Shown piece by piece: positions 48,511 through 60,891 of a stretch of 64,000 bases of DNA. The DNA is from Camelus dromedarius (taxonomy: Eukaryota). Position 1 is the first letter of the stretch. Each line of letters starts with the position of its first letter. Made by a program: the position numbers and the translations under genes. Under the pieces are notes generated by a model. That model was not told the origin of the DNA and made no database searches. It saw only the letters and a program-made list of their open reading frames with translations. The stretch spans positions 52,888,001-52,952,000 of the forward strand of contig NC_087437.1 of assembly GCF_036321535.1 (NCBI RefSeq), read 5' to 3'.

Positions 48511-48950
48511 GCGCCGCAGCTGCCAACCGGGCTGAAGCGCTGGCCCGGCCCCCACCGGCCCGCCGCTCCGTCCGCCGCCATTGGCTCACCGCTGTAGCCT
48601 AGCCTCATTTCCATTGGTCCATGGCTGCTCCCGCGGCTGTCCATCACTTCTTGTTTACCCTGTCTGCGGGCAAATCCAGCCAAGCCGCCCCATCAACTCC
48701 GGTCCCCATTGGTCAACAGCGCGTCCCTCCCCACCCTCCAGGGGTCTGTTTTACATAATTTATGCACCGGGGGGCCTTTGGCCAATCAGCACAGGCTTGT
48801 TTATGTAATGAATGTAAGGACGTTTTTCATTCATAAAAAACGCGACCTGAGGGGGAAGCTTAGCTGAGTCAGTGAAGCACTTAAAGGAGCCGAGGGCCTA
48901 GAGGAGCCACCGCTATTTCCCTCCTCGCAGCTCTCCCAACTTTCCATTGA
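48511..48950 (-). promoter_or_regulatory. ETV5 proximal promoter, TATA-less
   Basis: CCAAT boxes at 48580, 48613, 48708 and 48782; FOX TGTTTAC at 48652; TTACATAA at 48751 and TTATGTAA at 48801; AP-1 TGAGTCA at 48865; Capicua octamers at 48826-48833 and 48943-48950. Confidence 0.75.
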
Positions 48951-51055
48951 GGCTTGGTTCTTTCCCCTTCCCACTTCACCCCTATTTCTCCTTCCCCTGC
49001 CTCCCGCCCCGGGCCCCCAGCACCACCACCGAGAGGACTGGGCCGCTGGGCGCCAGTCGTTCGCAGCTGCAGCACCAAGCGAAGTTATCATTTTAGAATT
49101 CAGGAGACAGGAATTGGTCATTCCACCCGAAGAGAAACTCGCTGACCGACCTGGGCGTTCGGCCTACAGAAACACAGAAAACGGAAACCGAGCCCTCTAA
49201 TCTTAGTTACCTTTAAGAGAGGCCTTAATTTCCTTTAACCAGGTTTCCAGTGCGGGAAGAATAAGTAGTATGTCCCTTTAAAATCTGAGCTCTCAAACAG
49301 ATTTTAGTTACTATCTTATACTGGCAGGCCCAAGGCCCAACCAAATCCCGTTTTCTCACTGTGTTTAATTGCAGTTTATAACCTCCGCCAGCGTGGGTTT
49401 TGGACCCGAGATGAGAGAGGGTCAACACTCAAATCCTCTCCAGAGCCTGCACCAACCAGTCAACCGACCTAGAAGCATAAATCCCTCCGAAACGGGCTTG
49501 CTGAGTTAGATCGCCTGCCTCCCTCCTGGGGCTGCTTGTTTTCCATTTAAGAGTTGAATGCAAGATGGTGCATTTGCGAATTAGATCCCGTGCAGCTGGG
49601 AAGGACTGAGAAGCTACTCCGCTTGCCAAACGATCTCACACTAACCGCAACTGCTGAGATTCTTAACAGGGTGTTCCAGGAAACAAATAAGCAATCCTCT
49701 CCCTTCTCCACCCGCTCTGCCCCCTCCAGTGCTGGCCATGGGGCGGCTTTCTGCTCTCCTCCAGGATGCTGAGGCTTGTGAGGGAGCTCTTCTTGTCTTG
49801 TTCTGTTTGTGTGCCTTGCCATTCACCCCGTGTGCCAGCAGTGGGGAGGAAAGACGCCAAGTATGGGGTTAGCCCCTAGCAAAGGGGGTCCCAGCCAACT
49901 ATGGGGCTGCCTCCTACCCGCACCACGGGGCATGCAGTGTGAACTTTTAGGGAAAACTTGCTCACCTTCTTTTCTGCTTCTACTTGTGGGCATTTGGGCT
50001 GTCGTTTATAGCCCAAGAAATGTTGAAATTCACGAAAGGAAACCTAGAGTTCCTGGGCCCAGCGCTCATCAGGCATGAACTCCTGACTTTGTAAGAGAGT
50101 GGGGTGAGCACGAATGGGTGGGTGGGAAAGTGCTCTGAACTTTAAACGAGCAGTTCCATGATATTTAATTTTGTAGTAGAGCATTTTGCTACTGGCCAGA
50201 TCCAGTGGAGTTTTCCCTCAGTGCTTCTCTTTATTCCCCAGGTAACACCAGTGCTGTTTGGTGGCTGGAGTGCAATCCTAGACCCGCTGTCCTCCTAGTG
50301 ATTTGCTGACATCCCTGAGGGCTCTGTCTCCCCCATTAGACTCAGAGCCCAGGTTAGATCCCGAGTCCTCCTCCTCCCCAGTTTATCTGCCCCCATCCTG
50401 CTTCAGCTCATCCCAACTTATTCTGCTCTCTAATCTAGTTTCCTCAGAAGTTTCTGGATTCATCTTCAATGATGTCTGTCTTCAGGCCCAGCTCTCGGAA
50501 GGCCTGCAGCCCATGGGGCCACACGTCCTTTGCCGTATAATCACAGAACATCAGTCGCACTCTGGCTACAGGGAAACAGTGCAGGACACTTCACAGCGAC
50601 TTCCTCCATGGGGTTGGACTTGAGGCCTGGAGTGTGACTCCTATGACCTTTGCCTCAAGCCAAAGCTCTCCATTCCACCTTGGGAAGAGAAGTTGGGTAT
50701 TTCTGGATTAGGTAGTAAGTAATGAATATCGGTAGGGGAGGAATTGGAGGGTGGGTTTTTATAAGATTGTCACAGACATGAAATCATGTGGAGGGATTTA
50801 CACCAGAGAAGAGCTCTTGCCAATTAATTATTTAGTCATTTGGTATACATTTGTTTTGTACCCAATACTCAGCCAAACTCTGTGTTCAGCAAAAAAGTTA
50901 GAGATAAGTTCCAGTCTTTGGCTTGGAGGAGCCCACAATCTACTGTGCAATTTCAGCTGCTGAAGCTAATATATGACCTGTTTGTGTCATATACAATTCT
51001 CTATAGGTTATCTCATTTAATCCTTGTAATAATAGTACTGAAGTGGTCTCTACTC

Positions 51056-51160
51056 TTTTTTTTTTTTTTTTAATGGAGGTACTGGGGATTGAACCCAGGA
51101 TTTCCTACATTCACTAAGCGCCAAGCATGCACTCTACTCCCAAGCTATACCCTCTTCCCC
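51056..51160 (-). mobile_element. vic-1-like SINE inserted in a MIR
   Basis: Poly-T, then AATGGAGGTACTGGGGATTGAACCCAGG...AGCTATACCCTC; MIR-like sequence on both sides. Confidence 0.85.
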
Positions 51161-52649
51161 TGCTACTGTTAATATCTGCATTTTATAGGTGAGAAGTGGA
51201 GGCACAGAGAGATTAAGTAACTTGCAATAGTTGCACAACTTGTACGTTGCTGAATCTGGATAAGCACTAAGGCAGGCAGGTTCCAGAGCCCACAAGTGGA
51301 GACTTAGCATGTGCCTCTGTTGCTCAGAAAACCACCATGAAATATCACTTGAACCTGGAATGGTAGAGGGCAGAACTGGTTGAAGTCATAGGGAGGCAGA
51401 TTTTTAGTTCAGTGTAGGGTTAGGAAGGACTTTGGGATGTTTGGAGTGGCCCTGCTCCATTGAAGGAATTCTGCTGCTAATGAGTCTCCCGTCACAAGAG
51501 GCATTTCTGCAGAAAGATTTAGTGCAGAGGGACTACTGCACTGGATGGGATAGATGAATTCAGAGGATTGCTCCAGCTCTAAGAATATGGCTCTTGAGAA
51601 TTAGGAGCTTGTGTTGGACGGGGGTTCAGGGCCTGGGCCCAGGCACCTTGGCTCTGCTGTGAAATGTGAGGGTACAACTCGTGATGAGCTACCTTGCTAG
51701 ATGCACTCCTGGGCCCAGAGTTGGTTCCTCACTGTTAAGTGTTTATGATGTCTTTTCTCTATACCTCTTCCTTCTCTCTGGATTCTCCTTAGTGACTTAC
51801 CTCCGCCACTCCCATCCTCTTCCCACTCCCTGTCTTCTTGAAGTATTTAGAAGTTTTTAGATGTTCTTTGTTTAGCACATTGAGTCTTTCCTCCTAAGAA
51901 CATCACTTACATCGGGGCATTTGTCCAGCATACATTCTAAGGTACCATTCCCTCTCCTCCAGGAGAGAAGCCAGGCTGGAAAAGATAACAAAGAGACCAG
52001 CCCTCTGGAACATTCATCTAGTGTCAGTCTAGCCTTTGTTCTCTGGCAGTAGCAAAACTCACTTAATCACAGTAGGGGAACTAGCCCCTTGTTCTTCAGT
52101 TTGCAGCACATCTTCAGAGGAACAACATGGAAAGATAGAAAAACAAGTCCCTTGTCCTCAGCCTGAAAGCTTCTGTTTTCCTTTAGGGGGCTGCTTTTGA
52201 AGTTGTCCCTTAAAATCCAAAAAGCAAGTTCAAGTATAAGGCAGGTAACCCTGCCTTGGGCTGATCACAAGATGGCAGTGGGAAATTGGCCACATCACTA
52301 TCTTGGTCCCTCACATTGGGGCAATGCCTCCCATTCCTCTGGTAGAAATGCTGCAGGGAGTGTAGCCTGTCTGGAGTGGAGGTGGGGGAGTGGGCTACAT
52401 GGCCCTAGGGGGCCCTTCCTATTTTTGTACAGCTATGGAGGAAGGGACTTGAGGACAGCGTCCAAAAGGTACAGCCACGTTTTTCTTGTCATCAAGTGAT
52501 AAAGGATTCTGTCTGGCTGGCACACCTTTCTTTGTAAAATTCAGGTATAAATACCCTAAAAACCAAGGCAAGAAAAGAAAATCTTTTAGATTCAATATCT
52601 CTTTAAACAAATAGGTGCCATATTGTCTTCAGGGTTCTTCATAGTCAGG

Positions 52650-53570
52650 GAGTAATAATAGCTGACATTTACTGAGTGCTTAATATGAGCTAGACACTTT
52701 TCTAAACAGTTCACATGTATTAGCACATTTAGTCCCAACAACACCCCTCTGAGGGAGGTGCTATTATTATCACCTCCACTTTTCAGAGATGAGGAAGTTT
52801 AGGTACAGGAAGGTTACATAAATCGCTATATGGCTATCACACAGTAAGAGGGAAAGTGTACCCAAGAGGCCCCCTCCAGAGCCTGGCCATTAACCACTCT
52901 GCTGGGCTGTCTCAGCTCAGTGACCACAGCCAAAACCGGAAGATCGTTATTCTGTGCCAGGCCACTTAGGGGCTTTGCTTATACTAACCCCCTTGATCCT
53001 CCCAGCAACCCTGTAACATAGATACCATTATCATCCCTTTTTTAAAGACGATGAAACTGAGGCACAGAGAGGTTAGGTAACTTGCTCAAGAACACAAAGC
53101 TAGTAAGAGTAGGAGTCGGGAGCCCAGCGCAGAACTTGAACAGGGTCCTTGCTCCGAAACAATTTAGGTGGTTCCAGTTCCTGTGATCTCCCACTCTGTT
53201 GGTTTCTCTCATCTCTCCTTTAGGGCTCTGACGGCTTCCTTGCCATGCCCACAAGAGTCACTGTGCTTCCTTGGGAACGTGCTCCAGTGACTCCAGCCAG
53301 ACTTTTGAATTACTATCCTGGGCCGGCTCGAATTTGTCTCCACTATGGCCACTCTAGAAAGAGAATGGAAATTACCTGTGCTGAGCATCCCCTAGATGCC
53401 AGGCTCTGTGCTGGACACTTCACACACATCGTCCTTTAGCACTCCCAGTCCTCGTTGGGGGTGGTACTAATACCCCCTTTGCAGATGTGAAAACTGAGGG
53501 TCAAAGTGCGAGGTTAAACATGTCTGAGGCTCTACAGTTAGGAAGGAACAAACCAGGCTTCTGACCAAAT
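52650..53570 (-). mobile_element. Cluster of three MIR SINEs
   Basis: GATGA(A/G)GAAACTGAGG-type cores near 52790, 53050 and 53485. Confidence 0.75.
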
Positions 53571-55259
53571 AGGCTGACCCTCTGACCCCTTGGCCTAGGG
53601 GGGCCTTATTCCTCTTCTGGCTCATCTCCTGAGATTGCAAACATCCTCTCTCCTACCTCCTTCTCCTCACTCTCAATTTTTAGAGTTTATAAAACATCCA
53701 CTGTCAAGAAAACCTGGAGGCCCCTGTCATATTTAGATTCCTGATAGCCGAGGAATTTCTTCCTTAAGCCCCAAACCTTAAACAAGAGGGTAAAAATCTT
53801 TGGAAACTTCCCATAGCTTCCTACTGCCTTCAGAATGGAGTCCAGCTCCTCAGCAGAATCTTAATGCATCCTGGTGACTCTGCAGCATCTCTCGAGCTTT
53901 CTGGGCCCTCTGGTCCAGTCATGCAGGGCAGAGCTGCCTGTTCCTCCAGCCAGCCACCTGCCAGCCTCCTGCTCCACCCCTGAGGCCCATGAAAGTTCCC
54001 TGCATGAAGGAGGATTCTGTGTCTGATCTTTAGAGCTTTCCTGCTCCTTTAAATTGTTAGGTCATCAATCAGAACTTCTTGAGACATTAAGAGCATGCTT
54101 TTCCAGCTGTCTCTCATGTTCACTGTCATCTTCTGCCTCTGATCCATCATCAGCTTAGAACCCAGCAAACCAAATGAGTTTGAAATGGACGTCATGGGTT
54201 CTGGGTGAGAGCTAAAGGGTCCTCTCCAATGAGGAAGTGGATGAACTTGAATGTGTAGACTTGGCAAAATCTCTCTTGACCTTTCAGAGCCTCTTTTTGC
54301 TTCCTTCTATGGCCTTAGTGGAGAGTTTCATATGGCCAGGGCTTAACCCTTGCTTCCATGAGCTTAGAGTCTAGCCCCCGAAGTCTGAGTAGCAGGCTAA
54401 CCTAGAACTTGCCCACCTCGAGCTGTGAGAGGACTTGCTCTGGCAGCAGCCAACAGCTCCCCTGGGAGAGCGGGCCGAGGGCCTGGTGGGGCGGGAACAT
54501 GCATTCTCTCGTGGGCCTGCTTCAGCGTGGCAGCTGGAGAGCGGGTGGTGAGGAGGGCGGTTCTTTCAGCTCTTGGCTTGGCTTGTAAGTGCCCGCCCCC
54601 GCCGAGGCTCTGGCAGGCCTATGGAGAGGGCTGTATTTATTTTGAGTTGGACAAAAGGAAGATCAACTCTGCCCACTGGTAACAGAGCCTGCGGGTGAAG
54701 TGATCCATCCGTGGATTCTGCCACATGGTCTCAAATGGGGCGTCCAGCCTGCCCTTTCACCCCAAGACAGTCTTCCCGCCTGTTGTCCCCTGAAGCCAAA
54801 CAAGCAGAGTGTTTAAAAACAAGTAGATGGCCTCTGCTCACCTTTCCCCACCATGGTTCTTGCTCATAGTCTGTCTCTGGCCCCTAACCTCTGGGACGAA
54901 GGCAGCTTGCATTTAAACCAGAAACCTCTTCATCCTTTCTCTCTTTTTCTGCATTCTCTCCTGTGAGAAGAGCCCAGCTACATGGCTAGACGTGCAAAAT
55001 ATGAGAACAGCATCTCCTCCTAGGAAATCTCTGGCTGCTGTGCATCGCGGAAGTGCTCAGGTGCTCTGCCTGTTCCTTCCTGTGCTGAGGTTCTACCTCG
55101 GGCGGGGCGCAGGTGCTCATAAAGCCATTAGGGACCACAGGTTAGTTCCCATCTCCTGCTGCTGTGCCCTCGCTGGATACTGAGGAGACTTGAAGGTCTG
55201 ACTCCTAAGAGGGATGGAAGGGAATGCTCAGGCATCTCAATTGTGGCCTATTTTGTGTG

Positions 55260-55745
55260 TTTACTTTTTACTGAAGTATAACATACACACAGGAAAGTGC
55301 ACAAATCCTAAGAAGCTTGATGAGTTTTCACAGAGCAAGCACCCCGGTGCATCTAGGACCCAGATTACAAAACATTTTCAGCTCTTCTCTCCCAAAAGGC
55401 CCCCTCATGCCCCCATCTAGTCACTAATTCCCCCGCCCCCTCCCCATCAGGGTGGCCACTGTCCTGGCCTCTAACATCACAAATCAATTTTGCCTGTTTT
55501 TGTACATTGTATAGGTGGAGCCATACAGTACCTGCTCTTTTGTATCTGGCTTCTTTTCCTCAGCATTATGTTTGGAAAAGTCATCTGTTTTGCACTGTGT
55601 ACTTGTGTTCTGTTCCCTCTCTTTGCTGTGTAGTATCCCATTGTATGAATATATTACAACTGATTTTTTCCATTTTACTCTTAATGGACATTTGGGCAAT
55701 TTCCAGTTTTTGCTATTATTAATGACATCGCTGTGAACATTCTAG
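55260..55745 (-). mobile_element. Old L1M 3' UTR fragment
   Basis: GTAGTATCCCATTGTATGAATATATTAC...ATGGACATTTGGGCAATTTCCAGTTTTTGCTATT. Confidence 0.8.
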
Positions 55746-58179
55746 TGAGACTCTAATATGCGTCCCTTGGTAAACAGCCACCTCATTTTCATCGTTCATT
55801 TAAGATACAGTCACAGGATTCATTTTCATGTCTTATTTCTTTGAAAAAAGGTGCCTGACAAAAATCTCAACATCACAGAAAGGTAGAAAACGGAAAAGAA
55901 AGCCCCCACGTCACCTTCTAGCCTGTGGCCCATTCTCCAGAGTTATACACGATCACCAGTTTCTTGGGTAGCATTCTAGATACATTCTTTGGCCTAGAGA
56001 ATCACATCTAAGCATATGTATTCTAGCCTTAAAACACAAATTGGATTTACCCTCACTGTTTCTGACCCCTGCCCCCCCACCCCCGCCATAGTGCTGTAGA
56101 GTCCCAGCAATAAGATCAGTGAATGAGAGTGTTTGGCCACGGAAGGCAAGTGGCCCTTCCCACCTGTTAGATGAGGCTGGGCTATCACTTTTAATAGGCC
56201 CTTACCTTATTAAGGTAAGACATGCGGGAGTTTACATAGCCATAAATTTCATTTCCACTTCCATAAACGTTTGTCGAGAGCCTGGTGTCCTCAGTGTGGG
56301 GCTTGTCCGAGAAGAGCTCCCTGTCTGGTGGGAGGTGGGTGAAAGGCACAGGAACAAATAGATATTATACAATGTTTACAGGTGTCGTAATCGAGGCCAG
56401 CAAACGGGTTCTGGGAGTACAAGTGAAGGAGCAGTGAGTACTTCCTGTTAGGATCAAGGAAGGCCCCGGAGAGGCTTGACACTTGGGCCAACCCTTGAAC
56501 GATTAATTAGTAGAACTTTACTGGGCAGAGCTAGGGGGGAAGGGCCTTCCAGGCAGAGGGAACAGCGCACGTGCGCGCACACACACACGGAGGCCTGGCA
56601 GTCGCTGGCAGGTGCAGGGACTGGAAATTGATCATGTGTAGCTAAACTGTAGATGTTCGACCCAGGAGGAGACACGACTGAGAGGGGGCTAGCATGGGTA
56701 TTTGGGAACAGGATGTCAGGGGTCTTACATAGTCATTAGAAGGGTGGCCATTCACATTTTGGAATCGTGGTGTACATCTCATAGCTGCTTTAAAAAATAA
56801 CCAAAAGTCACAGAGAGACTGCTTCCAAAATCATCCTCTCTGTGGTGCCCTCCATTCCAGCACATATCACATTGTGCTTGAGTCTGTGTTGCCCACAGAC
56901 AAATTCCTCTTATAGGGACCCTCTTGGATGCCTGTCTGAATTACCCCGCCCCAAACATAGCACCTGGCACTTAGCAAGAGATCACCAAAGGATGAATGAA
57001 TATGTGAATGTGTAAGTGATCTCTACTGCACAGCACACCCCTGTGCTTGAGAAAGGGGTGGCTGAGTTACCCTCTCTTCGTGGATTTGTTTTTGTGCACG
57101 GCCTGCTTCTGCCTGCCCCCATTGAGGGAGAGGAGTGAGGAGCGAGGAACCTTGGCTCTGCAGTAGCTCAGGGTGTGTGCTGAGGGAGAGGCTTCATTTA
57201 GCAGCAATACCTGGGGCCCCAGGGCACTGTATTTCATTTCAGCCAGATTTGGGATGGCATGGAGCTTGGTGGGACCCTACGGCCTCATCTCAGCCCTTAG
57301 CAACCCAGAGCAATTTACACTGCATCAAAATGCCCAAATCTCCCATTTGCATGTTGGAGATCCAGGCTTTGTTGAGAAGGAGAGGAATCAACCTCCTCAT
57401 TGATTGATTCAACCCAGATCCTCCCCAATACGTGCCCCTTCCCCATGGGGCTGGCAGTCATGAACAGACTGGAAGAACTACTTTCCATTTCTCCTCGGGC
57501 CTGCCTGGTCTTCCTAAGTGTGGCCAGCTTTCTGGGATAGAACCCAGGCACCCGGACAGTCTCCTTTAGGCAGCCAAGAAAGATCAGCATTTCAACCTGA
57601 CCACTGAGGAATTTTCTTCACCAGGTAGCATCCTGGTTGGGAGGATTTCATATGCTCTTTGACTTGAATTGCCTTTGAAATCTTTCCTCACTCTTATTGC
57701 TCCCTCCTCCATAACCTAATTGCTTTGGGTATTTATCTGAATTTCATCTGGACCTTCCCACTTAGGAATGTTCATCTGGAACCTGAAAACTGACCTCAGG
57801 GCCTGTGCTGACAGGATTGTCTCAGCCACAGCAGAACACAAAATCTAAATATGGTCTTCCTCTACTTCCCTGTGTATTAAACTGCCTTCAATGACAAGAT
57901 GTAATGTTTCATTATGGGACCCGTGTTTTACCCTTTCCAACCCACACATCCCAACTGGAATGTGGGCAACATTCATTTACAGCTACGTGTACACCTTGTA
58001 AATGTAAACGGTAACGAGGTAATCCATATGGTAACATAGTAATAGCTCTATAGACGCCTGTCTGGAAGCAGTTCTTTATTTATTCAAAGATCTTCAGTGG
58101 GTTAAACTACCTCCCACTGCTTCTCAGATTCACCACCTTCTCTTGCAGTTAGTAAGTTAGAGCCATGCTCCTTGCATGG

Positions 58180-58585
58180 TGAGTCACGGGTAGATATGGA
58201 GCCAAAGCCCGATTTCCTAGCTCACCTCTGTCACTACTAACTATGTGACTATGGGCAAGCTATTTCAGTTGTGTGCACATCAGTCTCCTGTCCGAAAAAT
58301 GGGACTCATAACTCCTGCTTCACAGAGTTGTTGGACTGTTCAGTGAGATCGCATGTGGCAATGTCCAGGGCCTGGTACGTGTTGGCTGTGGACCTGGGTT
58401 TCCCTCATGGCTCTTCCACTGGCTAAGTGGGTGAATTTGAGCAAATTCAATCTCTCTGAGCCTTACTCTTCTCATTTGTAGAATAGAGATAATAATGCAG
58501 ACCTTAAGATTTCCAAAGAAGAATAAATACAATATTCAAAAAGCACCTAGCAGAATGTCTGGCGTAGAGTAAAAGTGTAATACAT
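58180..58585 (+). mobile_element. Two adjacent MIR SINEs
   Basis: TATGTGACTATGGGCAAGCTATTT and TTGAGCAAATTCAATCTCTCTGAGCCTTACTCTTCTCATTTGTAGAAT. Confidence 0.65.
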
Positions 58586-60419
58586 CTTCTCTCTCTCTGC
58601 TTGTCCGTGTGAATTCAGGCAATAGGTGTTAACCTTTCATGAGCACTGCTGACTCCTTCAGTATTCCCCTCGACCCTGGTAAATTAAGGAGTTCCCAACA
58701 TTTTGCTTCTCAATGTAATATTTCCTTCATTGTAGATTTAGCTTAGGGTTTTCTTCCTAACTACTTTTCTCTGATGTCTAGTGTTTCTTCTTCATTGATT
58801 TCTGAAGCAACTATAGGAGTTCTGTTGGATCTCAGAACCAAGGGCAGAAAGTCTTCACAAAGGATGTGCTGTTTGAATGGGATCTTACAGAAGGGAGGGA
58901 GGTTCAGAGATCATAGGTGGAACAGCATGATAAAGACACAACTGTGCATGAGTGTGAGGTGTGTTGGGGGAATAGGGGTGTAATGTGTCTGAAGCAGTAG
59001 TTTGTAAAGTCACCCAGGTGTCCTGGCTCACAGCAATCATAATTTTCTTAGCAGAATACAGAGTTGTTTTTTTTTTTTTAAACTATCACAAAAGCATGTG
59101 GTATATAATTCTATTACATGAACCGATAACAATTTTATTGGTAGAAAATGGGAATTTGTTTTACCTGTGCATAAAACCACAATCATGAGCACATGTCTGT
59201 GAAATAAACAAGCTGTTGAAGACACGTGATGGGCTGTTCCTGAGGCTTTTCCATGAATTTTCACCAGGGACTTGTTTTTTCGCTTTGCCATCTGTGGGCT
59301 CTCACTAGATAGAGCTGCTGGTGCCAAAGGTTTAACAAAAGTTGATGGGAGAAAACTTAACATTGGAAAAATTGTATCTTTGAGCATAATTTGGACAAGA
59401 CTCCATTATTCTATTGTAGAAAAGGAACATTTCTTTCCATTGGATGGGACTTCTGAGGGCAACTGAAGTGTAGCCTGCCAGAAGGGAGGGCTGGGCTGGA
59501 TGCTGAGGGGTAGGGAGCGTGGGGGAATTGGGAAAGCTGTAGGGCAGAGGAAGGTAAGTTTGGAGGGACTTGGGTAGGGACTGGACATTGGAGAGCTGAG
59601 GAATCTGGATCTGAGCCCTTGAGCGAGAGGGAGCCAAGGTGAGTTCTGGAGTAGGGGAGGGAGAAGTGGAGAGGGAAATTTGGGGGAAGACAAATTTAAT
59701 TTGTTACAAGGGTGGCTTGAAGTACATCAGAGCAGAGAGGTGAGAGAAAAATAGTGCAGATTCCAGATGAGAAGATGTGGGGGGGATCAGAAAAAGCATT
59801 TATTAGTTGCCTTCTTGTCCTGGGCAGGATCATTCCAAAGTGCAAATAAACAGGACTGAGTCCACAGGAAGCCTGGGGAAGACTATCTATGGGCGACTGG
59901 CGGGGAGTGCCTCAGAATGATTGGAATCAACCCAGCGTATCATCCTGCTGCTGCTTTCTGCCTCTGCTAGCTGGCCAAGAGGAGGGGGAACAGAGGTCTA
60001 AATTCCTTCAGTAAGTGACTCAGCTCACTCCAGGCTGGGGAGGAGGTTCACATTTGCTGGTCCCCGCCGCCTCCCTTCCCCCCACACCAGGGAGTTCTTC
60101 CAGAAGCCCTTCATCAAGCCTGACCATGAATGGTAGAGGTCAATTTAAGCTTGTTTTCCACCCAGGTCCACGGCTGACAAGTAACAGAATCCTGCACGCT
60201 GTTACATTTGTTATTTTAAAAGACTTGGTACATTATTACTTGTAACGGAGTAGGATCCGAAGTAGAAATTGTTCTTTTCAACTGGCAGGCATGCATATCT
60301 ATCATGATACTTAGTTTTAAATTTATGGCCTAATTCTAATCAGAGAATTTTGAGATATTTAATAATCTTGATTTTTTGCAGTTTCCCCAAAATTGTTTTC
60401 ATTATTTTTAAAATCAGTC

Positions 60420-60836
60420 TTCTTGATTCACCCAAAGTGGGAATCTTATCTTTGAAAAGTTTTAAAAGCATTTCAAATGATAAAATCATTATATACAATT
60501 AGGAAAATACAAAAAAACAATTCAAAATAAATGAACAAGCACCCATAATCCTTGAAATGAATGCTGTTAACATTTAAACATATTTCTTCCCTGTCTTTTT
60601 TGTTTTGTTTTGCATAATGGAGATATATTTTTAAATATATAACTTTGCATTTTGCCTAGCATTATATCATAGGCATGCCCCTCAGGGCATTAAACATTCT
60701 TCATAAATTCCATTTTTAAGGTTTGTCTAATATACCTTCTTATGGCTATAGCATCATTTACTTAATTGTTTCCCTGCTGTTTGATATTAGACTGTTCCCA
60801 ATTTTTTTGAGGTTAAAAACAACACTACAATAAACA

Positions 60837-60838
<2 letters not shown>
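60420..60838 (-). mobile_element. Old L1M 3' fragment
   Basis: TTTACTTAATTGTTTCCCTGCTGTTTGATATTAGACTGTTCCCAATTTTT resembles L1ME 3' sequence. Confidence 0.55.
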
Positions 60839-60872
<34 letters not shown>

Positions 60873-60891
60873 TGTGTGTCTGTGCGCGCGC
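60839..60891. repeat. (TG)n microsatellite ending in (CG)n
   Basis: 16 pure TG units, then interrupted TG and GCGCGCGC. Confidence 0.95.

Larger units (their letters stand above)
46850..49200. promoter_or_regulatory. CpG island spanning the ETV5 promoter, exon 1 and 5' intron 1
   Basis: Visibly GC- and CpG-rich against a CpG-depleted background; boundaries approximate. Confidence 0.9.

Noticed and set aside
47913..48683. 256-aa minus-strand ORF as an independent gene
   Set aside because: It lies in a stop-poor CpG island, is Arg/Gly/Pro/Ala-rich with no recognisable domain, and reads through the exon 1 donor. Only its spliced in-frame link to ETV5 is kept as a finding.
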